The notes beneath the pieces were generated by a model, which was given only the letters and a program-made list of their open reading frames with translations, was not told the DNA's origin and ran no database searches. 57,819 bases of DNA from an uncultured Anaerolineaceae bacterium (GTDB taxonomy: Bacteria > Chloroflexota > Limnocylindria > Limnocylindrales > CSP1-4). The stretch lies in NCBI GenBank assembly GCA_964393345.1, contig CAYMTJ010000008.1:8574-66392 (forward strand), in the 5' to 3' direction. Positions within the stretch are counted from its first letter, which is position 1. Each line of letters opens with the position of its first letter. Below, piece by piece: positions 1 through 7,970 of the stretch. The position numbers were made by a program, and so were the translations under genes.

Positions 1-128
1 TCGGGCTGCGGCCCGTACCCGACGACGTCGCCGAGGTGCCAGATGGCATCGACCACGCGCATGTGGGCGAGGACCGCCTCCAGCGCGACGAGGTTGCTGT
101 GGATGTCCGACAGGACGGCGATCCGCAT
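1..128 (-). CDS. metallophosphoesterase family protein, N-terminal fragment running off the window edge
   Basis: Own minus-strand translation from ATG at 128: MRIAVLSDIHSNLVALEAVLAHMRVVDAIWHLGDVVGYGPQP. It has the D-x-H and GD motifs of calcineurin-like phosphoesterases. It is absent from the ORF track because it is truncated. Confidence 0.6.
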   Translation of the reverse strand, partial: MRIAVLSDIHSNLVALEAVLAHMRVVDAIWHLGDVVGYGPQP

Positions 129-155
129 CGATGGGTCAGCGTAGCAGCGCGTCGC

Positions 156-935
156 TCACCATGGCCGCCGCTTGCGCGCCGCCGGATCGCGCGGATAGGT
201 CGGCGGAACCCTGCCCGTCGGTGACGCCATGACCAGGCGATGCCCGTCGAGACCGGCGAGGTGGACATCGACGGCGCGGAGCGTCCCCCCACCGAGGGCC
301 TCGATGGCCCGCCTGCCGGCGCTCACCTCCGCCACGATGTCGCCGCGTTTCCAGGCGACGAGCACGCCCCCCGGGGCGAGCAGCGGGAAGGCGAGCTCGA
401 CGAGGTCGGCGAGGCTCGCGACCCCCCGCGCGGTGACGACCGACCAGCCGTGCCGGTGGGCGGGATCCGCGGCGAGCGCCTCCGCCCGGACCGGCGACAC
501 CCGGATCCGCCCCTCCACGCCGATCGCCGCCACGACCGTCTTGAGGAAGCGCGCCTTCTTGCCGATCGGCTCGACGAGCAGCGCTCGTTCCGCCGACAGG
601 GCCAGCGCCACCGGCAGACCCGGAAACCCTCCCCCGGATCCGAGGTCGAGGAGGGCCCCGACGTCGCGTCCCGCGAGCGCCGGCACCGCCGTCAGGCTAT
701 CGAGCACGTGGGCGCGCGCCACCGAAGCCGGGTCGCGGATCGCCGTGAGATTGATGGCCGTCGTCCACGCGAGCAGCAGCCGGACGTGCCCGTCGATCGC
801 GTCGCGGACCGAGGCCGGCAGCGTGAGACCGAGGTGGCTCAGCCCGGCCTCGAGGGCGTGGCCGTACTCGACCGGGAGGTCGGGAAGGCCGTCGACGCGC
901 GTCGGGAGCGGCTCACGCGCGGGATGGATGGGCAC
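156..935 (-). CDS. rsmG: 16S rRNA (guanine527-N7)-methyltransferase RsmG (GidB)
   Basis: 259-aa ORF with LLDLGSGGGFPGLPVAL SAM-binding motif and RsmG-like layout. The GTG start sits only 1 nt after AAAGGAGG, so the exact start is uncertain. Confidence 0.88.
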   Translation of the reverse strand: MPIHPAREPLPTRVDGLPDLPVEYGHALEAGLSHLGLTLPASVRDAIDGHVRLLLAWTTAINLTAIRDPASVARAHVLDSLTAVPALAGRDVGALLDLGSGGGFPGLPVALALSAERALLVEPIGKKARFLKTVVAAIGVEGRIRVSPVRAEALAADPAHRHGWSVVTARGVASLADLVELAFPLLAPGGVLVAWKRGDIVAEVSAGRRAIEALGGGTLRAVDVHLAGLDGHRLVMASPTGRVPPTYPRDPAARKRRPW

Positions 936-1140
936 GCCTCCTTTGGTTCGCGTGCGCGATCCACGCGCGGCGCCACTCCCGGCGTCGGCATCGTTCGCAC
1001 GGGTGGATCAGGGGATCGGTCTCGCGCCGCCCGTCCGGTTCGTGGCCGAGTCTCCTCGTGCCCCTCGCGAACGACGCGACCGGGTCTGTCCCAGTGCGGA
1101 TGCCGGACGCTACGCCCGGGGGCAGCGACCGTCAACGGGT

Positions 1141-1181
1141 TTATCCACCAACTCGCCGGCGCGGTCGGATCTGGTGGATAA
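1141..1181. repeat. perfect inverted repeat TTATCCACCA-N21-TGGTGGATAA (DnaA-box-like arms; alternatively the csoR terminator hairpin)
   Basis: Read directly from the sequence. The arms are 10/10 complementary and the centre contains the palindrome CGCCGGCG. It lies 2 nt downstream of the csoR stop codon. Confidence 0.5.
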
Positions 1182-1183
1182 CT

Positions 1184-1540
1184 TCACCCGGAACGACCGC
1201 TCCCGCGGACCGGGCGGCCGAGCGTCCGGCGCACGACGTCGATGACCTCATCGACATACTTGTCTGCCTCGCCCGCCTCCGCGGCGGTGCGCACGCAGCC
1301 CTGGACATGGTCCTCGAGCACGAGGATCGAGAGGGCATCGACCGCCGCCCGGAGGGCCGCCGTCTGCTGGAGGATGTCGACGCAGTACTCCTCGCGTTCG
1401 ATCATCCGCGCGATCCCGCGGACCTGTCCCTCCATCCGGGAGAGTCGGCGCACCAGCTGGGCCTTGTCCTTGGAGTAGCTGTGGCGGAAGTGGCTCGGGT
1501 CGGCCGCGCCTGCGGCTTGGCGAGCCGGGCTCTCGGGCAT
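1184..1540 (-). CDS. csoR: CsoR-family copper-sensing transcriptional repressor (DUF156)
   Basis: Core RLSRMEGQVRGIARMIEREEYCVDILQQTAA...LEDHVQGCV with the C...H-x3-C ligand pattern. ATG at 1540 is preceded by AGGAGG. An alternative GTG start lies at 1573. Confidence 0.85.
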   Translation of the reverse strand: MPESPARQAAGAADPSHFRHSYSKDKAQLVRRLSRMEGQVRGIARMIEREEYCVDILQQTAALRAAVDALSILVLEDHVQGCVRTAAEAGEADKYVDEVIDVVRRTLGRPVRGSGRSG

Positions 1541-1596
1541 GCGTTCTCGACCTCCTGCGCGACGCGCCTCCACGACGCGACCGTCCCCAGCATACC

Positions 1597-1613
1597 ATAC
1601 CCCCAGGGGGTAT
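1597..1613. promoter_or_regulatory. candidate CsoR operator, perfect palindrome ATACCCCC-A-GGGGGTAT
   Basis: Seen directly, 57 nt upstream of the csoR ATG in the divergent spacer. It matches the TACCC...GGGTA type of GC-tract palindrome known for CsoR operators (from memory). Confidence 0.6.
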
Positions 1614-1850
1614 CTGAAGCGGACGCGCCCGAGCCGGATGCGCCGGCTCGCACCTCGCGGTGGTTCGGCTAGACTGTGGCCCGATGGATCCGAGCGACTC
1701 GCCCCGTCCGGCCGTGCATGGCAGGACGTTCAGCGACGCCGGCACGACGGCAGCGGTGGACGCCAGGTCGCGAGGTTCGGCCGGCCGGCCGTCGCCCGAT
1801 CGGCGCAGCCCCGCGTGACGACGGGCTTCGCGCACGCCAGCGAGGCCGAG

Positions 1851-2336
1851 ATGGCTCGCATCCTCGACTTCTACGCCGTGCGTTGGGAGTACGAGCCCCA
1901 CACCTTCCCCATCCTGTGGAATCTCGACGGCGACGTCATCGAGAGCTTCTCGCCGGACTTCTACCTCCCCGACCTGGAGTGCTATCTCGAGATGACGACG
2001 CTCCGCCAGAAGCTGGTCAGGAAGAAGAACCGCAAGCTGCGGCGCCTTCGCGAGCTGTACCCGGAACTCACAGTGAAACTGTTCTACGCGCGCGACTTTC
2101 GCGCGCTGATGCTCAAGTACGGGCGCCTCGCCCTCGTCGACGCGTTCTCCGGGACGCCGGGCCAGGTCGTTCCGGAGCGATCGCTCGTGGCGGCGCTCGA
2201 GCCCGTGGCAGCGCTCCCGACCGATCCCGCCGGCGCGACCGATCAAGCCGCCGCGACCGATCCGGCGAGACCGGCTTCGCGATCGACCCGCCGCACCCGA
2301 GTCGCCGCCACGGATGAAGCGGCGGTCCGCCGATGA
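1851..2336 (+). CDS. conserved hypothetical protein (possible PD-(D/E)XK-like fold)
   Basis: ATG at 1851 lies 5 nt after GAGG. The ordered N-terminal half is MARILDFYAVRWEYEPHTFPILW...SPDFYLPDLECYLEMTT. The stop overlaps the hpt start (ATGA). An alternative GTG start lies at 1815. Confidence 0.6.
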   Translation: MARILDFYAVRWEYEPHTFPILWNLDGDVIESFSPDFYLPDLECYLEMTTLRQKLVRKKNRKLRRLRELYPELTVKLFYARDFRALMLKYGRLALVDAFSGTPGQVVPERSLVAALEPVAALPTDPAGATDQAAATDPARPASRSTRRTRVAATDEAAVRR

Positions 2337-2905
2337 GCCGCACGGTGGACCTCGGGGCCGACATCGGCGAGGTGCTCCTCACCGAGGAGCAGATCCAGGC
2401 CAAGGTCCGAGAGCTGGGGGCCCGGATCAGCGCCGACTACGCGGGGCGTCACCTGACGCTCGTGTCGGTGCTCAAGGGGTCGCTCCCGTTCATGGCGGAT
2501 CTCATGCGCGCGATCGACCTGCCGCTCCGGATCGACCTGATGGAAGTCAGCTCCTACGGCGGCACCGCGACCGAGTCGTCGGGGCTGGTTCGGATCCTCA
2601 AGGACCTGTCGGCGAGCATCGCCGATGAGGAGGTCCTCCTGGTCGAGGACATCATCGACACCGGCCTGACGCTCAACTACCTCATCCGCTACCTCCGCGG
2701 CAAGAGCCCCGCCTCGCTCCGCATCTGCACGCTGCTCGACAAGCCCGCCCGTCGCCTCGTGGAGATCCCGGTCGACTACCGCGGGTTCGAGATCCCGGAC
2801 CAGTTCGTGGTCGGGTACGGGCTTGACTACGGCGAGCTGTACCGGAACCTGCGCCACGTGGGCGTGCTCCGGCCGGAGGTCTACGCCGGAGGCGATCCCG
2901 AATGA
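2333..2905 (+). CDS. hpt: hypoxanthine phosphoribosyltransferase
   Basis: 190 aa with PRPP-binding motif VLLVEDIIDTGLTL and the end motif VVGYGLDY. Confidence 0.95.
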   Translation: MSRTVDLGADIGEVLLTEEQIQAKVRELGARISADYAGRHLTLVSVLKGSLPFMADLMRAIDLPLRIDLMEVSSYGGTATESSGLVRILKDLSASIADEEVLLVEDIIDTGLTLNYLIRYLRGKSPASLRICTLLDKPARRLVEIPVDYRGFEIPDQFVVGYGLDYGELYRNLRHVGVLRPEVYAGGDPE

Positions 2906-3345
2906 CCATGCACCGCCGACCGCTCGGTCTCGGGCGGACGCTCACGGCCATCTCGGGCGTCCTGCTCGTGGTCGGGTGCATCCTGCCGTGGTGGCGGCTC
3001 GGCGGCGAGTCCGGCATCCCCGCCATCGGCGGGAACGGCTTCGAAGGCGCGGGGTTCGTCGTCTTCCTCGTGGGGATCGCGGCCGTCGCGCTGGTGGCCC
3101 TGCCCTACGCCGCCGGCGACCGACCGCTCGGGATCGATCGCTGGGTCACGTTCCTGCTGCTCGCGGTCGTCGGGTGGCTGGGCTTTGGGATCCGGGTGAT
3201 CGGCCTGATCACCGACGGCGCGTTCCGCTTCGAGGAGCCGGCGCAGGTCTTCACGAACGGCCCGGGCCTGTGGCTCGTGGCGATCGGGCTCGTCGTCTTG
3301 TCGCGGGCCACGTGGAACATCGCGCGCGAACCGGCGTATCGCTGA
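2902..3345 (+). CDS. hypothetical integral membrane protein
   Basis: 147 aa with about four hydrophobic helices. Its ATGA overlaps the hpt stop. Confidence 0.65.
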   Translation: MTMHRRPLGLGRTLTAISGVLLVVGCILPWWRLGGESGIPAIGGNGFEGAGFVVFLVGIAAVALVALPYAAGDRPLGIDRWVTFLLLAVVGWLGFGIRVIGLITDGAFRFEEPAQVFTNGPGLWLVAIGLVVLSRATWNIAREPAYR

Positions 3346-3349
3346 CGCG

Positions 3350-4276
3350 ATGACCGCTGACGCGATCGCCGCCGACGATCGGTCCCGCGGCGTCTGGAAC
3401 ATCGTGCCGACGCCGTTCGCGGCGGACGGGTCCCTCGACGAGGCGAGCCTCCCGGGCCTGACGCGCTTCGTCGCCGGATGCGGGGTCGACGGGATGACGA
3501 TCCTGGGCGTCCTCGGGGAGGCCGGGAAGCTCAGCGACGACGAGCGGGGGCGCGTGATCACGGGCGTCATCGCGGCCGCGGGCGAGCTGCCGGTGTGCGT
3601 CGGCGTCAGCCACGCGGCCACGGACCAGGCCGTCGCCTACGCCCGTCAGGCCGCAGCGCTGGGCGCCCACTCCCTGATGCTCGCGCCGCCGACGCTCGCC
3701 AAGCCGAACGACCCGGCCGTCCTCGCCCACTACCGCGCGGTCGCGACCGCGGTCGACGTGCCGATCGTCGTCCAGGACCATCCGGCGAGCAGCGGCGTCC
3801 ACATGAGCGTGGAGCTGCTCACGACGATCGCGGCCCAGGTCCCCGGCTGCCGGACCATCAAGCTCGAGGACGAGCCGAGCCCGCCGAAGGTCTCGCGGCT
3901 CCTCGCGGCCGACCCTGACCTGCGCATCCTCGGCGGTCTCGGGGCGATCATGCTGCTCGAGGAACTCCGCCGCGGGGCGGTGGGCACGATGACCGGGTTC
4001 GGGTTCCCGGAGCTCCTCGTCGAGATCGTGCGCCGGTTCACGTCCGGCGACGAGGCCGGCGCGCGCGAGACGTTCCACCGGATCATGCCGATCATCCGGT
4101 TCGAGAACCAGCCGGGACTCAACCTGGCCATCCGCAAGCACATCTACCGGCGCCGCGGGGCGATCGCGCACGAACGTCTGCGGGCGCCGGCCGCCACGCT
4201 GGACCCCGCGACGGTCGCGGACCTCGACGCCGTCCTCGCGGCCGTCGGGCTGGCCGACCGGCTGTCTCCCGCCTAG
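3350..4276 (+). CDS. dihydrodipicolinate synthase / N-acetylneuraminate lyase family protein (possibly a pyrroline-hydroxy-carboxylate deaminase type)
   Basis: 308 aa with N-terminal VPTPF...DG.D and GMTILGVLGEAGKLSDDER resembling the DapA family. The specific function was not resolved. Confidence 0.8.
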   Translation: MTADAIAADDRSRGVWNIVPTPFAADGSLDEASLPGLTRFVAGCGVDGMTILGVLGEAGKLSDDERGRVITGVIAAAGELPVCVGVSHAATDQAVAYARQAAALGAHSLMLAPPTLAKPNDPAVLAHYRAVATAVDVPIVVQDHPASSGVHMSVELLTTIAAQVPGCRTIKLEDEPSPPKVSRLLAADPDLRILGGLGAIMLLEELRRGAVGTMTGFGFPELLVEIVRRFTSGDEAGARETFHRIMPIIRFENQPGLNLAIRKHIYRRRGAIAHERLRAPAATLDPATVADLDAVLAAVGLADRLSPA

Positions 4277-5040
4277 GGCAGCGCGCGGATCATCCCACCG
4301 TCGACCGGGACGATCGCGCCGGTGACGTAGGAGGCGGCCGGCGACAGCAGGAACGCGCCGACCCGGCCGAGCTCGGGCGGCTCGCCGTAGCGACCGAGCG
4401 GGATGCGCTCGATCGTGCGCCGGCGGACCTCCTCGACGGGGATCCCGCCGCTCGCCGAACGGGCCGCATCGAGCTGCGCGATCCGGTCCGTGGCGATCCG
4501 ACCCGGCGCGAGGCCGTTGATCCGCACCGGGGCGATCTCGTCGACGAGCGACTTGATGAGCCCGGCGAGACCGGGGCGGATGAGGTTCGAGGTCGTCAGC
4601 CCGGGGATCGGCTCGCGAACGGAACTCGACAGGATCACCAGGATCGCGGGATCGCGCCCCTCGCGCAGGTGCGGCAACGCCGCCCGCAGGAGACGGACGG
4701 CGCTCCACAGCGTCCCGTCGATGGCCGTCGTCCACGCCGCCTCGTCGAGGTCCTCGAACCGGCCGGGTGGCGGTCCACCGGAATTGACGACGAGCAGATC
4801 GAGCCCGCCGAGGGCGTCGACGGCCGAGGCGATCGCGGCGGCCGGCCCGTCGGGTGTGGCGAGGTCCGCCGGGACGGCCAGCGCCCCGAGGGCTGCGGCC
4901 CGTGCCGTGAGTCGATCGCCCGCCCGACCGATCAGCCCGATCCGTGCGCCTTCGGCGGTGAGCACCTCCGCGATCCCGCCGCCCAGTCCTCCGCTCCCCC
5001 CGCCCACGAGTGCCCGCGCTCCGGCCAGTCCCAGGTCCAT
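4273..5040 (-). CDS. SDR family oxidoreductase
   Basis: GGGSGGLGGGIA Rossmann motif, NSGG, and a typical SDR C-terminus YVTGAIVPVDGG. Its stop codon overlaps the convergent DapA-like gene stop. Confidence 0.85.
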   Translation of the reverse strand: MDLGLAGARALVGGGSGGLGGGIAEVLTAEGARIGLIGRAGDRLTARAAALGALAVPADLATPDGPAAAIASAVDALGGLDLLVVNSGGPPPGRFEDLDEAAWTTAIDGTLWSAVRLLRAALPHLREGRDPAILVILSSSVREPIPGLTTSNLIRPGLAGLIKSLVDEIAPVRINGLAPGRIATDRIAQLDAARSASGGIPVEEVRRRTIERIPLGRYGEPPELGRVGAFLLSPAASYVTGAIVPVDGGMIRALP

Positions 5041-5113
5041 CCCGTCCTCCTGCGTTCGGACCGATGGTATCGGGCGAGGGCCGTCCCCGGCGGTCCGCGT
5101 CGAGCGGCCGGTC

Positions 5114-5965
5114 CTAGACGCTCACGCCCGACGAGAGGAGCCGCCGGAGGAACCGACGCGTCCGCTCGTCCTGCGGGTGGTCGAGGACCTGCTCGGGCGA
5201 TCCGACTTCGATGAACGTCCCCTCCTCGATGAAGTACACGCGGTCCGCAGCTTCACGGGCGAACGCCATCTCGTGCGTGACGATGATCATGGTGCTGCCC
5301 TCGTGGGCGAGCTCTTCCATGACCATGATCACCTCGCCGACGAGCGTCGGGTCGAGCGCGGACGTGGGTTCGTCGAACAGCAGGACCCTGGGCTCCATGG
5401 TCAGCGCGCGAGCGATCGCGACGCGCTGCTTCTGCCCGCCCGACAGCCTCGAGGGGTACTCGTCGCGCTTGTCCATCAGCCCGACCTTGTCGAGGTACTT
5501 CTCGGCGGTCGCGATGGCCTCGTCCATCGCCAGGCCCTTGACCTGGATGGGTCCCTCGATGAGGTTGTCGATCACCGTCATGTGCGGGAAGAGGTTGAAC
5601 TCCTGGAACACCATCTGTGCCCGCTGGCGGACCTGGCGGATGACCTCGCGATGCTCGCGACTTCGAGCGTGCATCGGGTCGGCCTCGATCCGGAGTCCGT
5701 CGACGGTGACCGTGCCGAGCGTGGGCTCCTCGAGGAAGTTCGTGCAGCGCAGGAGCGTGCTCTTCCCGGACCCGGAACGGCCGATCAGGCAGATGGTCTC
5801 GCGCGGGTAGACCTCCAGGTCGCACCCGCGCAGGACGTGGTTGGAGCCGAAGAACTTCTCGAGGTTCTCGAGACGGACGATCGGCTCGACATCGGGCGGG
5901 CGCTGACTGCCCGTCTTGGTATAGCGATGATCGTGGGGCACCTGGATCGGCAGCGGGGCGGTCAT
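5114..5965 (-). CDS. amino-acid ABC transporter ATP-binding protein
   Basis: Walker A GRSGSGKST, signature LSGGQKQRVAIARAL, Walker B LLFDEPTSALD. The internal ATG at 5965 lies 2 nt after the permease stop. The longer track ORF (to 6688) is read-through. Confidence 0.9.
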   Translation of the reverse strand: MTAPLPIQVPHDHRYTKTGSQRPPDVEPIVRLENLEKFFGSNHVLRGCDLEVYPRETICLIGRSGSGKSTLLRCTNFLEEPTLGTVTVDGLRIEADPMHARSREHREVIRQVRQRAQMVFQEFNLFPHMTVIDNLIEGPIQVKGLAMDEAIATAEKYLDKVGLMDKRDEYPSRLSGGQKQRVAIARALTMEPRVLLFDEPTSALDPTLVGEVIMVMEELAHEGSTMIIVTHEMAFAREAADRVYFIEEGTFIEVGSPEQVLDHPQDERTRRFLRRLLSSGVSV

Positions 5966-5967
5966 GG

Positions 5968-6825
5968 TCAGACGCGCCGATCGCTCTCGGCCATGCGCTT
6001 CTCCAGACGGTCCTGCACGACGGAGAACGCGATCGTGAGGACCCAGTACACGAGCGCGGCGAGCAGGAGCGTCTCGAGCGAGCGGAAGTTGGACTGGCCG
6101 ACGCGCTGCGCGCGCCACAGGAGCTCCTGCACCGTGATGATCGACACCAGGGCCGAGTCCTTGATCATCGCGATGAACTCGTTGCCGATCGCCGGGATGA
6201 CGATCCGGATGGCTTGCGGCAGGACGATCCGTCGCATCGTCTGCGCATCGGTCATGCCGAGCGCCGCCGATGCCTCGGTCTGGCTTCGCGGGATGGCCTG
6301 GATCCCGGCCCGGAAGATCTCGGTCATATACGCGCCGTAGTTGAACGCGAGCGCGAAGATCGCGAGGGCGATCACCGGGATCCCGGCGGCGGCCGGGACG
6401 ATCTGCGGGAGGGCGAGATAGATGAACAGGATCTGGACGATGAGCGGCGTCCCGCGCACGAGTGACACGTAGAGCGTCGCCACCGCATAGATGGCTGGCC
6501 GGACCGAGAGTCGCCCGAGCGCCCCGAGCACCGCGAAGACGATGGCCATCGCGATCGAGAAGACCGACACGATGATCGTGACCGGGATGCCACCGAGGAT
6601 GTACGGCGCCCACTCCCCGAGGAACACCGAATCGATCTTGTCGGCCGCGATCAGGCTCCCGACCAGGAGGCCGATCAGGACGGCCCATGTCAGCGCGAAG
6701 ATCAGCCGGAAGCGGAGGCTGTCGCGCGACCGCGCGGCGTTGATCTCGGCGATCACCGCCTCCGGCGTGCGTCGCCGCAGGTCGTCGGTGATGGCCGCCT
6801 GTTGCGCCCCTCCGCCGTAACTCAT
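5968..6825 (-). CDS. amino-acid ABC transporter permease (His/Glu/Gln/Arg type)
   Basis: 285 aa, multi-TM, with EAA-loop-like EASAALGMTDAQTMRRIVLPQA. Confidence 0.9.
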   Translation of the reverse strand: MSYGGGAQQAAITDDLRRRTPEAVIAEINAARSRDSLRFRLIFALTWAVLIGLLVGSLIAADKIDSVFLGEWAPYILGGIPVTIIVSVFSIAMAIVFAVLGALGRLSVRPAIYAVATLYVSLVRGTPLIVQILFIYLALPQIVPAAAGIPVIALAIFALAFNYGAYMTEIFRAGIQAIPRSQTEASAALGMTDAQTMRRIVLPQAIRIVIPAIGNEFIAMIKDSALVSIITVQELLWRAQRVGQSNFRSLETLLLAALVYWVLTIAFSVVQDRLEKRMAESDRRV

Positions 6826-6837
6826 CGGGTCATCGGT

Positions 6838-6883
6838 CGACGTCGGACCGGGCGCAGGCTCCCGCGCCCGGTCCTCGACGTCG
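6838..6883 (-). terminator. intercistronic stem-loop after the binding-protein gene (partial terminator or mRNA stabiliser)
   Basis: CGACGTC GGACCGGGCGC (loop AGGCTCCC) GCGCCCGGTCC tc GACGTCG gives 18 bp of pairing with a 2-nt bulge. There is no U-tract. Confidence 0.55.
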
Positions 6884-6895
6884 GCTTCGGTGCCG

Positions 6896-7828
6896 TCAGC
6901 CGCCCTGCTTCTTGGTGAGGTCGATGCCGAACCAGGTCATCGAGAACGCGCTCATGGTCCCGTCCGCGTGCATCGCGTCCACGACCTCGTTGAGCTTCAC
7001 GACGAAGTCGGTCGGATCGGCCCCGCCCTTGTCGACGGCGACGGCGAGCGGCTCCGAGAAGACGGGGTCGCCGACCTTGACCAGCGGCAGCCCGTCGGCG
7101 ATCGCCGCATCGACGGTGGTCGCCGAACTGAGCCAGCCCTCGAACTCGGTGCGACCCGCCTTCCACGCCTCCGCGCATAGGCGGTCCGTGCTCAGGGTCG
7201 TCGCCACGGCGCCGGCCGGCGGTGTCGTCTGCGGCGACTCCGTCCCGAAGTCCAGCGTGCCGTTCAGCCAGTCGAGATAGGTCGTGGCGTCACCGACACA
7301 GACCGTCTTGCCGGCGAGGCCGTCGAGGGTCGTGATCCCCGAGGCGGTGCTCGCCGCGAGCTGTGCGGGCGTGTAGTAGTACGGATGACTGAAGGCGAGC
7401 ACCTTCTCGCGCGGCGACGTGATCGTCATCGATCCGACGCTCATGTCCCAGCGACCGCCCCAGCCGCCGGCCGTGATGACGTCCCAGCTGGGGGTGGTGA
7501 ACTCGATCTCGAGGCCCATCCGCTTGGCGATCTCGGTCGCGACGTCGATGTCGAAGCCCTGATAGGTGCCGTCCGGCTTCAGCTCGGACTGCGGCGGGTA
7601 CTGCGGATCCGTGGAAACGATGATCTTGCCCGCCTTGGTGACCGAGTCGAGCAGCCCTCCCGGGATCAGGGTGGGCGGTGCCGGGGTCGTCGGCGCCGGC
7701 GTCTCCGACGGCGCCGCACTGGGCGGGGCGCTCGATGGTGCCGGGCTGGGTGATGCGGCGCCTGTCGTACAGGCCGCGATGATGAGGGCGGCCGCCAACA
7801 ACGCGGTCGCTGAACGCAGGATGGTCAT
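6896..7828 (-). CDS. amino-acid ABC transporter substrate-binding lipoprotein
   Basis: ATG at 7828 lies 4 nt after GGAGGAG. It has lipobox-like LIIAAC, a Pro/Ser/Ala linker and a family-3 SBP body (IIVSTDPQYPPQSE...GFDIDVA). Confidence 0.85.
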   Translation of the reverse strand: MTILRSATALLAAALIIAACTTGAASPSPAPSSAPPSAAPSETPAPTTPAPPTLIPGGLLDSVTKAGKIIVSTDPQYPPQSELKPDGTYQGFDIDVATEIAKRMGLEIEFTTPSWDVITAGGWGGRWDMSVGSMTITSPREKVLAFSHPYYYTPAQLAASTASGITTLDGLAGKTVCVGDATTYLDWLNGTLDFGTESPQTTPPAGAVATTLSTDRLCAEAWKAGRTEFEGWLSSATTVDAAIADGLPLVKVGDPVFSEPLAVAVDKGGADPTDFVVKLNEVVDAMHADGTMSAFSMTWFGIDLTKKQGG

Positions 7829-7970
7829 CTGGCTCCTCCAAGCCCGACCCGCAGACCGACACCCGCGCCGGCCCGCGTCCGGGATGTCCGCGACAGTATG
7901 CATGGCGTCGACAGGTCTGCTCGCGTGAGATCCGATGCGACCCGCCCCGCGTCGACCGAACGCCACGGCT

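Noticed and set aside
4403-6340. 645-aa plus-strand ORF. Similar long ORFs lie at 7290-9488(-), 9565-11337(+), 18694-20469(-), 40684-42705(-), 43291-45195(-) and 43617-45035(+).
   Set aside because: All are antisense or out of frame relative to genes with strong family signatures (ABC ATPase/permease, AcnX, NYN/holB, ROK/xylF, xylH). All have the Arg/Pro/Gly/Ala bias typical of non-coding frames in high-GC genomes.
5114-6688. Apparent fusion ORFs: 5114-6688, 11447-13018, 45889-47844, 48907-50571, 48793-50604, 6896-8125 and 15929-17401.
   Set aside because: The N-terminal parts are low-complexity read-through into the upstream gene or spacer. Internal starts with an SD or 4-nt coupling give proteins of canonical length (ABC ATPases, xylB, aguA, ureAB, binding proteins). 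They are neither gene fusions nor pseudogenes.
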